Source: Ascidiella aspersa
Taxonomy: Eukaryota
Reading direction: 5' to 3'
Assembly (NCBI GenBank): GCA_963924565.1
Contig: OZ004610.1
Span: 5,456,001-5,520,000 of the forward strand
Length of the DNA: 64,000 bases
The first letter of the stretch is position 1; each line of letters begins with the position of its first letter. A program made the position numbers and the translations under genes. Positions 63,907 to 64,000 of the stretch are shown in pieces. Below the pieces are notes generated by a model. It searched no databases. It was given only the letters and a program-made list of their open reading frames with translations, and had not been told where the DNA came from.

Positions 63907-63947
63907 GTAACTGAAGATGACACAAGTTCGTATCGAAACGTCTTAAT
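63907..63947 (+). ncRNA. Minimal hammerhead motif (family 1), inverted partner of the previous copy
   Basis: TAA-CTGAAGA-T-GACAC aagttc GTATC-GAAAC-GTC-TTA; one mismatch in stem II. Confidence 0.65.
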
Positions 63948-64000
63948 CTATGTCGATCTATCCGATTTTTTTGGCTTTGCAATTCTTGAACAAAATTGTC

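Overview
AT-rich animal genomic DNA, probably an invertebrate chordate such as a tunicate (inferred from exon structure and composition; not proven). The window holds a head-to-head type IV collagen pair. On the minus strand is the 5' part of a COL4A2-like gene: 11 coding exons seen, from 13523 down to 607, continuing past the window start. On the plus strand is a complete COL4A1-like gene: 43 candidate coding exons at 22461-59693, about 1850 aa if all are used, with signal peptide, 7S, interrupted triple helix and NC1. Introns and the ~8 kb spacer contain many MITEs (hAT-, Harbinger- and Tc1-like ends), decayed L1/Tx1-like LINE ends, tandem repeats and tRNA-derived repeats. The most notable observations are: (i) three tandem phase-0 exons in COL4A1 where vertebrates have one, a candidate for mutually exclusive splicing; (ii) at least four dispersed repeat families carrying minimal type-I hammerhead ribozyme motifs, some as back-to-back inverted pairs and one with a U3-A8 core; (iii) a 54-aa basic/His-rich tail after the NC1 domain; (iv) an unrecognised intronless ORF family, with one intact copy in COL4A1 intron 1 and two or three decayed copies nearby. 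All coordinates and alignments were made by eye.
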